Origin: Desulfonatronaceae bacterium UBA663
GTDB lineage: Bacteria > Desulfobacterota > Desulfovibrionia > Desulfovibrionales > Desulfonatronaceae
Length of the DNA: 36,197 nucleotides
Assembly (NCBI GenBank): GCA_002299865.1
Contig: DBNV01000097.1
Location: 1,456-37,652 of the forward strand
Direction: 5' to 3'
Part shown: positions 16,998-25,374 of the stretch, in pieces
Layout of the letters: each line of letters opens with the position of its first letter
Numbering within the stretch: position 1 is the first letter of the stretch
Made by a program: the position numbers and the translations under genes
Notes under the pieces: generated by a model
Database searches by the model: none
Seen by the model: only the letters and a program-made list of their open reading frames with translations
Told to the model about the DNA's origin: nothing

Positions 16998-19643
16998 ATG
17001 AGTGAGTTGGTCAGGTTGCAGATTGACGGTCAGGAGGTAGCGGTTCCCAAAGGGGTGACCATCATTGAAGCCGCGGCCCGGATCCAAATCGACATTCCCC
17101 ATCTTTGCCATCTTAACGGTTTGGTGCCGAGTAGCGCCTGCCGCCTGTGTCTGGTTGAGTTGGAGGGGACTAAAGACCTGGTTGTCTCCTGTGCCAGAGG
17201 CGTGCGCGAGGGGATGGTGGTTTGGACCCGGACCGAACGGGTACTGGCGGCTAGGCGTTTTGTTTTGGAGTTGATCTGGTCGGCTCATCCCGGAGATTGT
17301 ACCACTTGTGAAAAGAGCGGTCGTTGCGAGTTGCAGAAGTATACCTATGAGGTGGGTATTGAGCGGAATAGGTTCCCCCTGCGCCGGGATGAACAGCCAA
17401 TAGATACCACCAATCCGCTTATTGAACGGAACCCCAGCTTGTGTATCCTCTGTGGAAGATGCGTCAGAATATGCCGGATGCGGAACGGTAATAATGTTTT
17501 TGATTTTGTCAGCCGGGGAATAACGACCAGGGTTACTACCGCGTTTGAAAAGCCGCTCCAAGAGTCGGGCTGTACTTTTTGCGGCAGTTGTGTCTCGGTC
17601 TGCCCGGTAGGTTCCCTGGTGGAAAGGCAACGTCGATTTCGGGGCCGGGAGTGGGAACTCAAGACCACCGAAACAGTGTGCCCTTATTGTGGTGGTGGTT
17701 GCAAGTTACTGCTCGATACCACCAAGGATCAGATTGTTAGAGCACGGACTGAGAAAAAAGACGACTACTTGTGCGTCCGGGGGAAATTCGGTTGGGACTA
17801 CGCCCTGAGCAAAGAAAGGCTTAAAACACCGCTGATCAAAAAAGAAGGCACGCTTGAAGAGTGCAGTTGGGATGAGGCGTTGTCATCTATTGCCAAGAGG
17901 CTGGCGAAAATAAAGGAGACTCGTGGTCCTGAGGCCCTGGGAGGGTTGGTTTCGGCTAATTATCCCAGCGAAACCCTTTATCTCTTTGGCAAGTTTGTTC
18001 GGGCCGGCTTGGGGACTAATAATCTGGACAGTTCGGTGCGGCTTTTGAGCTGGCCCACCTTATCCGGTTTTATCCAGGCTTTTGGCCGGATGGATGTGGT
18101 TGCTACGTTGTCCGAGATCGAAGCGGCCGACACCTTGCTGGTCTTGGATTCAGAGGTTGCCGTCAAAAATCCCATGGTCGGGGTCAAGGTCAGGAAGGCT
18201 TTGAAAACGCCGAAAAAAGGAGCAGAAGGAGCAAATCTTATTACTATTGATTCCAGAAAAACTACGGTTGCCGGGCTTTCCCACCTGCATCTGCAACCGC
18301 GGCCCGGCACTGCTACAGTACTGCTGGATGGCATGATCAAGGTGATCCTTAGTGAAGGGCTATATGACCAGGAATTTGTCGCTGCTAATTGCAGCAACTT
18401 CCAAGAGTTTTCAGCGCGCTTTCTCGAAATGGAGCTGGATGTGGAGGCCATTACGGGGGTTGCCGAAGAAGCGGTGCTGGCTGCGGGGAGACTTTACGCC
18501 GGGCAAGGCCAAAAGGCGGTCATTATTTTCTCTCCGGAAACGAGTGACCGGCACATGGTGGCCCGGATTATCAACCTGCTGCTGCTGACTGGTCGAGTGA
18601 ACGGGGGTGTTTTTCCCAGCCTGCTGCACAGCAATCTATGGGGCGCCGCCGAGGTGGGGGTGGTGTCTGAGTTTTATCCCGGCTACCGGCCGGTCGAGGC
18701 GGCGACGGCCCGAAAGGAACTTGAAAACTTGTGGGGCGTTTCCCTGCCGAGCGAACCGGGCCTTTCGGCGATTGAAATGATTCAGGCGGCTGCCGAATCG
18801 ATATTCGGAATGTATATCCTCGGTGAGAATCCGGTGGCTTCATTCCCGGATAAGGCTAGTATGGTCCGGGGACTTGCCGCCCTCGATTTTTTGGTGGTTC
18901 AGGATATTTTTCTGACCGAGACCGCTCAATTGGCCGATGTTGTTTTACCCGGTGTGAGTTTTGCCGAAAGCTCAGGCACATTTACCAATGCCGAGGGCCG
19001 GGTTCAAGAGCTGAACCGGGTGTTGCCGTCGCAGACCAAGCCGGACTGGGAGATCATTGCTGAAATCTCTACGCGGATGGGTTATCCGCTGTCCTATCAC
19101 TCCGAGCGGGAGATTGCCGCCGAACTCAAGACCCTGGTTTCTGAGTTTTCCGGACCCCGGAACTCAGCATTCAGATTAGTGCTGACCGAAGCGGAAGAAA
19201 TAAGTGCAGAGCCGGACCGCGAGTATCCCTACCGGTTGATGATCGGTGCCACCTTGTTTGGGTTCGGTGATGGCTCGTGGACGAGGCGTTCCGAGATTTC
19301 CCGGTTAGAAACTCCTTATATCGGGATGAGTCCGCAAGATGTCCAGTCTTTGGGAGTGGTTGCCGGCACCCGGGTCTTAGTCTCGTCACGGCGGGGCCGG
19401 ATTACTACCACCATCAAAGTGGATGAATCCTTGCCGGCCGGCCTAGTTTTCATGCCGGCCCACCACCCGGAGGGCAACAGTTTAACCAGCGCCAGCCTTG
19501 ACCCGGTGACCAAAAGCCCCAGGTTTGAGCTGGCGGCAGCGAGCATTGACCGTCTACAGGAGTCAGAACCCGAAAGTCAGTGTGCTGGGGACAGATCACT
19601 GCTAAATCTTAACCAGACATCGGGGATAGCTAAATGGAACTAG
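16998..19643 (+). CDS. NuoG/HydA-N-terminal Fe-S module fused to an FDH-like molybdopterin fold that lacks the catalytic residues
   Basis: 2Fe-2S (LCH..ACRLC..SC), HxxxCxxCxxxxxC, two 4Fe-4S (CILCGRCVRIC, CTFCGSCVSVCP), and CPYCGGGC..LC. Active-site segment reads NNLDSSVRLLSW (no Cys/Sec-His), and SLLHSNLWG replaces RGQNNVQG. Confidence 0.85.
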   Translation: MSELVRLQIDGQEVAVPKGVTIIEAAARIQIDIPHLCHLNGLVPSSACRLCLVELEGTKDLVVSCARGVREGMVVWTRTERVLAARRFVLELIWSAHPGDCTTCEKSGRCELQKYTYEVGIERNRFPLRRDEQPIDTTNPLIERNPSLCILCGRCVRICRMRNGNNVFDFVSRGITTRVTTAFEKPLQESGCTFCGSCVSVCPVGSLVERQRRFRGREWELKTTETVCPYCGGGCKLLLDTTKDQIVRARTEKKDDYLCVRGKFGWDYALSKERLKTPLIKKEGTLEECSWDEALSSIAKRLAKIKETRGPEALGGLVSANYPSETLYLFGKFVRAGLGTNNLDSSVRLLSWPTLSGFIQAFGRMDVVATLSEIEAADTLLVLDSEVAVKNPMVGVKVRKALKTPKKGAEGANLITIDSRKTTVAGLSHLHLQPRPGTATVLLDGMIKVILSEGLYDQEFVAANCSNFQEFSARFLEMELDVEAITGVAEEAVLAAGRLYAGQGQKAVIIFSPETSDRHMVARIINLLLLTGRVNGGVFPSLLHSNLWGAAEVGVVSEFYPGYRPVEAATARKELENLWGVSLPSEPGLSAIEMIQAAAESIFGMYILGENPVASFPDKASMVRGLAALDFLVVQDIFLTETAQLADVVLPGVSFAESSGTFTNAEGRVQELNRVLPSQTKPDWEIIAEISTRMGYPLSYHSEREIAAELKTLVSEFSGPRNSAFRLVLTEAEEISAEPDREYPYRLMIGATLFGFGDGSWTRRSEISRLETPYIGMSPQDVQSLGVVAGTRVLVSSRRGRITTTIKVDESLPAGLVFMPAHHPEGNSLTSASLDPVTKSPRFELAAASIDRLQESEPESQCAGDRSLLNLNQTSGIAKWN

Positions 19644-21514
19644 TTAAAACTAATAGCGCGGTTACGATCTTTGACCGGGTCAAGCAAAAGAAGCCTTGTC
19701 CGTTTGGTGCTGATGGTCGATGTTGCAAAACGTGTTCTCTTGGTCCGTGTCGGGTTAGCGGCACGGGTGATGTTGGGGTGTGTGGTGCGTCGGCCGAAGT
19801 CATTGCCGCCCGGAATTTTTGTCGCATGGTTGCCGCCGGCACGGCCGCCCATTCCGACCACGCCCGCGAGGTGGCTCTGCTTTTTCGGGACGTGGCCCGG
19901 GGCGAGGTTCCGGGCTTTGAGATCAAGGATGAGCAGAAGTTGTTGCAACTGGCCTTGGATTTCGGGGTTGAAATCGGGAGCCGGCATCTCCAGGACATCG
20001 CGATCGGGGTTGGAGAGCGGGCGCTGGCCGAGTTCGGCAAGCAAGAAGGGGAACTGGCATTTGTCAAGCGGGCGCCGCTGAAACGGCAGGAATTGTGGCG
20101 CAAGCTGGGGATCGTCCCGCGCGGCATAGACCGGGAAGTGGTGGAGATGCTGCACCGGACCAGCGTTGGCGTGGATCAGGACTATCGGAGCTTGATGCGC
20201 CAGGGGATGCGCACCGCCTTAGCCGATGGCTGGGGCAGTTCGATGATCGCCACCGACCTACAGGATGTTTTGTTTGGTACGCCGGCCCCGGTCAGAGGAA
20301 AGGTGAACTTGGGGGTGCTCCGGGAGGACGAAGTCAACATCATTCTTCATGGGCATGACCCTTTACTCCCCGAAGTAATTGTCCAAGCGGCTCAGAACGA
20401 GGAGTTGCTGGCCCTGGCTCGGGTGAAAGGGGCCAAAGGCATTAATCTCGCCGGGATCTGCTGCACGGCGAATGAACTGGTAATGCGGCACGGCATACCC
20501 ATCGCCGGCGCCTATTTGCAGCAGGAGTTGGCGGTCACTACCGGGGCGGTCGAGGCGATCGTGGTCGATGTCCAGTGTATTATGCCTTCGCTGGTCCAGG
20601 TGGCTGGTTGTTATCATACCGAGGTAATCACCACTTCGGAAAGGGCCAAACTAACTGGGGCCGTCCACCTGGAGTTTAATCACCACAACGCCCTGGAAGT
20701 GGCTAAGAAGATCGTAAGGCGGGCCGTTGAAAATTATGCCAACCGCGGCGCCGTTGACATTCCTCAGGATGAGATGGATATGGTGGCCGGCTTCAGCCGT
20801 GACACCATCAATTATTTGCTGGGCGGTCTTCACCGGGCCTCTTTTCGGCCCCTGAACGCCAATATCATCGACGGTCGGATTTTCGGAACCACCGGGATTG
20901 TCGGTTGTAACAATCCCCGGGTGAATGCGGGTTATGTGCATGAGACTTTGGTTAGGGAACTCATTGCCAATAATGTGCTGGTGGTGACCACGGGTTGCGG
21001 CGCTATCAATGCCGCCCGGGCCGGGTTGCTGCGCCCTGAGGCGGCGGCCGAGGCCGGCTCCGGGTTGCGAGAGGTCTGCGAAGCCATTGGAATCCCGCCC
21101 GTGCTCCATATGGGATCGTGCGTAGACACCAGTCGCATCCTGTTGCTGATCAGCGAGCAGGTGAAAGAGGGCGGCTTGGGGGACGATGTTTTTCAACGAC
21201 CGTCTACTGCTTGTGCCCCGGAGTGGATGAGCGAGAAAGCCATTGCTATTGGTCAGTACGCCGTTGCTTCCGGGGTGAGGACGATCTTCGGCGCCAGTTT
21301 TCCCACCACCGGCAGTGAGATTTTCTCTGATTTCTTGTTCAACGAAATTGAAGATCTTACCAAAACCAAGTGGGTTTTTGAGCCCGATCCGCTCGAAATG
21401 GCGCAGATAATTCTTACCCATCTCGGCAACAAAAGGAAAGCGCTGGGCATTGATAAGACCCGGAAGCGGATATTTTACGACATGGCCATGCGACGAGCTT
21501 TGGATGCCTTTTGA
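19634..21514 (+). CDS. cooS: Ni,Fe carbon monoxide dehydrogenase catalytic subunit (AcsA/CooS)
   Basis: D/B-cluster PCPFGADGRCCKTCSLGPC..VCG, AHSDH, C-cluster ligands HGHDP, ICCT, VQC, GCNN, TGC and GSCVD, and the SEKA lysine. All expected ligands are present. Confidence 0.95.
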   Translation: MELVKTNSAVTIFDRVKQKKPCPFGADGRCCKTCSLGPCRVSGTGDVGVCGASAEVIAARNFCRMVAAGTAAHSDHAREVALLFRDVARGEVPGFEIKDEQKLLQLALDFGVEIGSRHLQDIAIGVGERALAEFGKQEGELAFVKRAPLKRQELWRKLGIVPRGIDREVVEMLHRTSVGVDQDYRSLMRQGMRTALADGWGSSMIATDLQDVLFGTPAPVRGKVNLGVLREDEVNIILHGHDPLLPEVIVQAAQNEELLALARVKGAKGINLAGICCTANELVMRHGIPIAGAYLQQELAVTTGAVEAIVVDVQCIMPSLVQVAGCYHTEVITTSERAKLTGAVHLEFNHHNALEVAKKIVRRAVENYANRGAVDIPQDEMDMVAGFSRDTINYLLGGLHRASFRPLNANIIDGRIFGTTGIVGCNNPRVNAGYVHETLVRELIANNVLVVTTGCGAINAARAGLLRPEAAAEAGSGLREVCEAIGIPPVLHMGSCVDTSRILLLISEQVKEGGLGDDVFQRPSTACAPEWMSEKAIAIGQYAVASGVRTIFGASFPTTGSEIFSDFLFNEIEDLTKTKWVFEPDPLEMAQIILTHLGNKRKALGIDKTRKRIFYDMAMRRALDAF

Positions 21515-21525
21515 ACATTACGCTG

Positions 21526-21645
21526 TTAACACTACAGCGCAAGTAGGGGCGACGCATGCGTCGCCCCTACTGGGTGACCGGAGATGATGCCGCGGTGTAG
21601 CAGGTCGGGTTTTTCAGCAAAATCTAAATTGCACTGTAGTGTTAA
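21526..21645. mobile_element. 120-bp MITE-like element with 17-bp inverted ends, carrying a REP-like palindrome
   Basis: TTAACACTACAGCGCAA (21526-21542) and TTGCACTGTAGTGTTAA (21629-21645) are complementary at 16/17 positions. Confidence 0.6.
21543..21570. repeat. Perfect 28-bp palindrome with GTAG ends (REP-like)
   Basis: GTAGGGGCGACGCATGCGTCGCCCCTAC is its own reverse complement. A 5' GTAG tetranucleotide is the hallmark of RAYT-associated REPs. Confidence 0.75.
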
Positions 21646-21684
21646 AATTTATTTAACCAACCAAGTGGGGAGGGTTTTTGCAAG

Positions 21685-23889
21685 ATGTCCAAAATAATTG
21701 CCTCGGCCGCGATCAGAGGGGCGCGTAAAATTGTGGACCGCGCCGAAAAAAAGTGGCAGCAGGCACTGGATCGATGGGGAGCGAACGAGCCGGTGGGCTT
21801 TCCCAATACAGCTTATTATTTGCCGATCATCTACGGTATATTGGGCCTCAAGGTGGAGAAACTGGCCGACATGGAGCAGGTATTGCATAAATGTAAATTG
21901 TTACTACCACCGCCGGTGAAAGCGACCTGCCATTTACCCTACTTGGCACCGGCACTTGATGCCGGGATGGCCACTTTTTTCGCCGAAGAGATTATCGAGG
22001 CCATTAAATATTTAGAACAGCCTGATAGTTATACCAAGCAGGAGGATGTTACCGATAGTAACATTTGGCTGGGCGCCGCTGATGATGTCATCTTAAGAAA
22101 GCGCGGGGTGGAGTTTGTTGACGGTACCGCCCCCGGCTTTGCCGCCATCCTCGGAGCGGCGCCGACCAAAGAAATCGCCGTGAAAATCGCCCAGGAACTC
22201 CAGCAGAAGAACCTCTACGTTTTCATGTGTGCCGAGCATGATGGAAAACGGTTCTCCGAGCAGTTGTTGGCGGCTGTGGTGCAGATCGGGTGGCCGGTCC
22301 GCCTGGTTTCTTTTGGTCCGGAGGTGAGTGCGGTCGTTTTCGCCATTGGTTTTGCCACCAGGGTCGCCCTTTCCTTCGGCGGCATTGAGCCCGGCGATTA
22401 CCGAAAAATTTTGATTTATAACAAGGATCGGGTCTTTTCCTTTGTCTTGCCCTTGGGCTATGTTACCGATGAATGGTACGCCAATGCCCTGGGCTGTGTT
22501 AACTGGGGTTTCCCGATCATTGCCGATACTCCGATACCGGAGATCTTGCCCATTGGGATTTGCACTAATGAGCACGTGGTGTCGAATGTTCCCCATGATA
22601 AAATAGTGGCCAAGGCGGTAGAGGTACGCGGACTGAAGGTTACCGTGACCGAAGTGCCGGTGCCGGTGGCCTACGGCCCGGCCTTTGAGGGAGAACGGGT
22701 GCGGAAGGAAGATCTCTACCTGGAATGTGGCGGCGGCCGAACACCGATGGTGGAGTTGGTGATCACCAGGCCGATGAATGCGATCGAAGACGGGAAGATT
22801 GAAGTGCTTGGTCCCGAGATAACCGATGTTTCTGCCGGTGCCAAGTTGCCCTTGGCAATCGTGGTCGAGGTCGCCGGGAGAACGATGCAGGAGGACTATG
22901 AACCGATTCTGGAACGGCAGGTGCACCATTTTATTAACTACGCCCAGGGATTGATGCATGTCGGGCAGCGGGACATTGCCTGGGTGCGTATTTCCAAGGC
23001 GGCGGTGGACAAGGGTTTCAAGTTCCACCACCTTGGCGCGCTGCTGCATGCCAAACTGCATCAGGACTTCGGCCGGATATTTGACAAGGTCCAAGTGAAA
23101 ATCTTTACCAAGGAAAATGACGTGAGAGCGTTGGCGGATCAGGCTAGAATGGCGTACAGGGAACGTGACGCTCGAATCGAAGGTATGACCGACGAAACCA
23201 CCGAGACCTATTACTCCTGCACCTTATGTCAGTCCTTTGCCCCCAGTCACGTTTGCATCGTCAGTCCGGAGCGGAGCGGGCTTTGTGGTTCCTACAACTG
23301 GATGGACTGTAAAGCGGCTTACGAGATCAATCCAACCGGACCCAACCAACCGGTGGACAAGGGGGAATGTCTTAATGCCAAGTACGGGCAGTGGCAGGGG
23401 GTGAACGAGTTTGTGTTCCAAGCTTCCCGGCAAAAAATCGAACGCTATAATTTTTATACCATCATCAATGATCCGATGACCACTTGCGGCTGTTGTGAGT
23501 GCATTGCGGCCGTTCTTCCCCTGTGTAACGGGGTGATGACGGTAAACCGGGAGTATGCCGAAATGACTCCTTGCGGGATGAAATTTACTACGCTGGCCGG
23601 CACCATCGGTGGTGGAATCACCACCCCGGGATTTATTGGGCACAGTAAATTCAACATTTGCCAGAAAAAATTTCTTGCCGGTGACGGCGGCCTGAAACGG
23701 GTGGTCTGGATGCCTAAAATGTTAAAGGAGATGATTGCCGGCCGACTTCAAGCCCGGGCCAAGGAGATCGGCGTGCCTGGCCTACTGGAGATGATTGCCG
23801 ACGAAACGGTGGGGGTCACCGAGGAGGAGATTCTACCCTTCTTGGAAGAGCGGGGGCACCCGGCGTTGACTATGGAGTCGATCATGTGA
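21685..23889 (+). CDS. acsB: Acetyl-CoA synthase, bacterial long form with N-terminal domain
   Basis: FPNTAYYLP, AFEGERVRK, A-cluster ligands YSCTLCQSFAPSHVC..GLCG and PMTTCGCCEC, GDGGLKRVVWMPK. Confidence 0.97.
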   Translation: MSKIIASAAIRGARKIVDRAEKKWQQALDRWGANEPVGFPNTAYYLPIIYGILGLKVEKLADMEQVLHKCKLLLPPPVKATCHLPYLAPALDAGMATFFAEEIIEAIKYLEQPDSYTKQEDVTDSNIWLGAADDVILRKRGVEFVDGTAPGFAAILGAAPTKEIAVKIAQELQQKNLYVFMCAEHDGKRFSEQLLAAVVQIGWPVRLVSFGPEVSAVVFAIGFATRVALSFGGIEPGDYRKILIYNKDRVFSFVLPLGYVTDEWYANALGCVNWGFPIIADTPIPEILPIGICTNEHVVSNVPHDKIVAKAVEVRGLKVTVTEVPVPVAYGPAFEGERVRKEDLYLECGGGRTPMVELVITRPMNAIEDGKIEVLGPEITDVSAGAKLPLAIVVEVAGRTMQEDYEPILERQVHHFINYAQGLMHVGQRDIAWVRISKAAVDKGFKFHHLGALLHAKLHQDFGRIFDKVQVKIFTKENDVRALADQARMAYRERDARIEGMTDETTETYYSCTLCQSFAPSHVCIVSPERSGLCGSYNWMDCKAAYEINPTGPNQPVDKGECLNAKYGQWQGVNEFVFQASRQKIERYNFYTIINDPMTTCGCCECIAAVLPLCNGVMTVNREYAEMTPCGMKFTTLAGTIGGGITTPGFIGHSKFNICQKKFLAGDGGLKRVVWMPKMLKEMIAGRLQARAKEIGVPGLLEMIADETVGVTEEEILPFLEERGHPALTMESIM

Positions 23890-24014
23890 TGAATGATGGG
23901 TGATGGGTGGGAGGTTGTTTCGACCAAAAGACCCCATGTCGCCCTGACGGGCGACGCCATCAAAGGGCGCCGATAATGCGGGGAAGCCGATAATGTAAGG
24001 AAAGGAGTCTGACA

Positions 24015-25361
24015 ATGCCGCTTACTGGGATCGAAATCTTCAAGATGTTGCCCAAAACAAACTGCGGCGAGTGCGGGGTGCCCACCTGTCTTGCCTTTGC
24101 AATGAAGCTGGCTACCGGCAAGGCCGAACTGGCCGCTTGCCCTTATGTCTCCGAGGAGGCGAAAGCCAAACTGGATACGGCCTCCGCGCCGCCGGTCAGG
24201 CTGATTACCGTTGGTATTGGCGACCAAGCCTTAAAGGTTGGCGGCGAAACGGTAATGTTTCGTCATGAAAAAAGGTTTGAGAATCCTCCCGGCCTGGCCC
24301 TCCTTATCAGCGATACCATGGAGTCGGCCGAGATCGAGGCGCGGTTGGAGAGATTTAAGCAGTTTCAGTATGAACGGGTTGGGCTTATTCTACGTCCCGA
24401 ATTGATCGCGGCAAGGGCCGATTCCGGGCGGGCGGACAGATACGCGTCTCTGGTTGATCAGGTCAAGCAAAACAACCCGGGCGGCATCATCCTGATGAGC
24501 GACGATCCGGAATTGCTGGCGGCTGGTCTGGAGGTTTGTGCCGATCGGAAACCGTTGCTTTATGCCGCTACTGCCGAGAATTTGGATCGTCTGGTCGATT
24601 TGGCCAAAGCGAACTCGTGTCCGGTGGTGGCAAAGGCCTCTGGCTTGGAGAAACTTGCCGAGCTGACCAACAAATTGACGGCGGCCGGAGTTAAAGATCT
24701 CGTGCTCGATTCCGAGCCCGGAACCATGCGTCAAGCGTTTGAGGACCAGGTGATCATCAGAAGCGCCGCCTTGAACAAAAAGTTTCGCCCGTTGGGTTTT
24801 CCGACCATTGCTTTTCCCGGCAAGCTGAGCGCTGATCCGCTGAAAGAAGCGGTGATTGCCGCTGCTTTGGTGGCGAAGTATGGCGGGATCATCGTTCTTT
24901 CCGATTTTCAGGGGCACAGCCTGTTCCCGTTGCTCCTGGCCCGGATGAATATTTATACCGATCCCCAGCGGCCGCTGGCCACTACCGAGGGCATTTATAA
25001 AATCGGTGGCCCAGATGAAAAGGCGCCGGTGTTGCTCACCTGTAACTTTTCCCTGGCTTACTTTATTGTTTCCGGGGAAGTGGAAGCCAGCAAGGTTCCT
25101 TGCTATCTGCTGATCAAGGACACCGCGGGGCTTTCGGTGCTGACGGCCTGGGCGTCGGGGAAATTCGGCGCTGATACCATTGGTCCCTTTGTTAAGCGGT
25201 GCGGTATTAGCGAGTTGATTGCCCATCGTAAGTTGATAATCCCGGGTTATCTCGCTGCCGAACGCGGTGAGTTGGAAGAAGAGTTGTCCGACTGGGAGAT
25301 TCTGGTTGGTCCCCGGGAAGCGGCCCATCTTCCGGCCTATCTTAGAACTTTGATATCGTGA
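24015..25361 (+). CDS. acsC: Corrinoid iron-sulfur protein large (gamma) subunit
   Basis: LPKTNCGECGVPTCLAFA..CPY 4Fe-4S, GGETVMFRHEK, NIYTDPQRP, GLSVLTAW, VGPREA. RBS AAGGAG. Confidence 0.97.
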   Translation: MPLTGIEIFKMLPKTNCGECGVPTCLAFAMKLATGKAELAACPYVSEEAKAKLDTASAPPVRLITVGIGDQALKVGGETVMFRHEKRFENPPGLALLISDTMESAEIEARLERFKQFQYERVGLILRPELIAARADSGRADRYASLVDQVKQNNPGGIILMSDDPELLAAGLEVCADRKPLLYAATAENLDRLVDLAKANSCPVVAKASGLEKLAELTNKLTAAGVKDLVLDSEPGTMRQAFEDQVIIRSAALNKKFRPLGFPTIAFPGKLSADPLKEAVIAAALVAKYGGIIVLSDFQGHSLFPLLLARMNIYTDPQRPLATTEGIYKIGGPDEKAPVLLTCNFSLAYFIVSGEVEASKVPCYLLIKDTAGLSVLTAWASGKFGADTIGPFVKRCGISELIAHRKLIIPGYLAAERGELEEELSDWEILVGPREAAHLPAYLRTLIS

Positions 25362-25374
25362 GAGGGGGAAAATA

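Noticed and set aside
13913-19643. Respiratory complex I or an [FeFe]-hydrogenase
   Set aside because: No membrane Nuo subunits or NuoBCD, and no H-cluster motifs (TSCCP, MPC..K, E.MAC..GC..GGG).
19560-19700. Frameshifted fusion of the NuoG-like gene with cooS, or a truncated cooS
   Set aside because: cooS has a short N-terminus but all cluster ligands. An in-frame TAA directly precedes its ATG and the 10-bp overlap fits translational coupling. No slippery site is evident.
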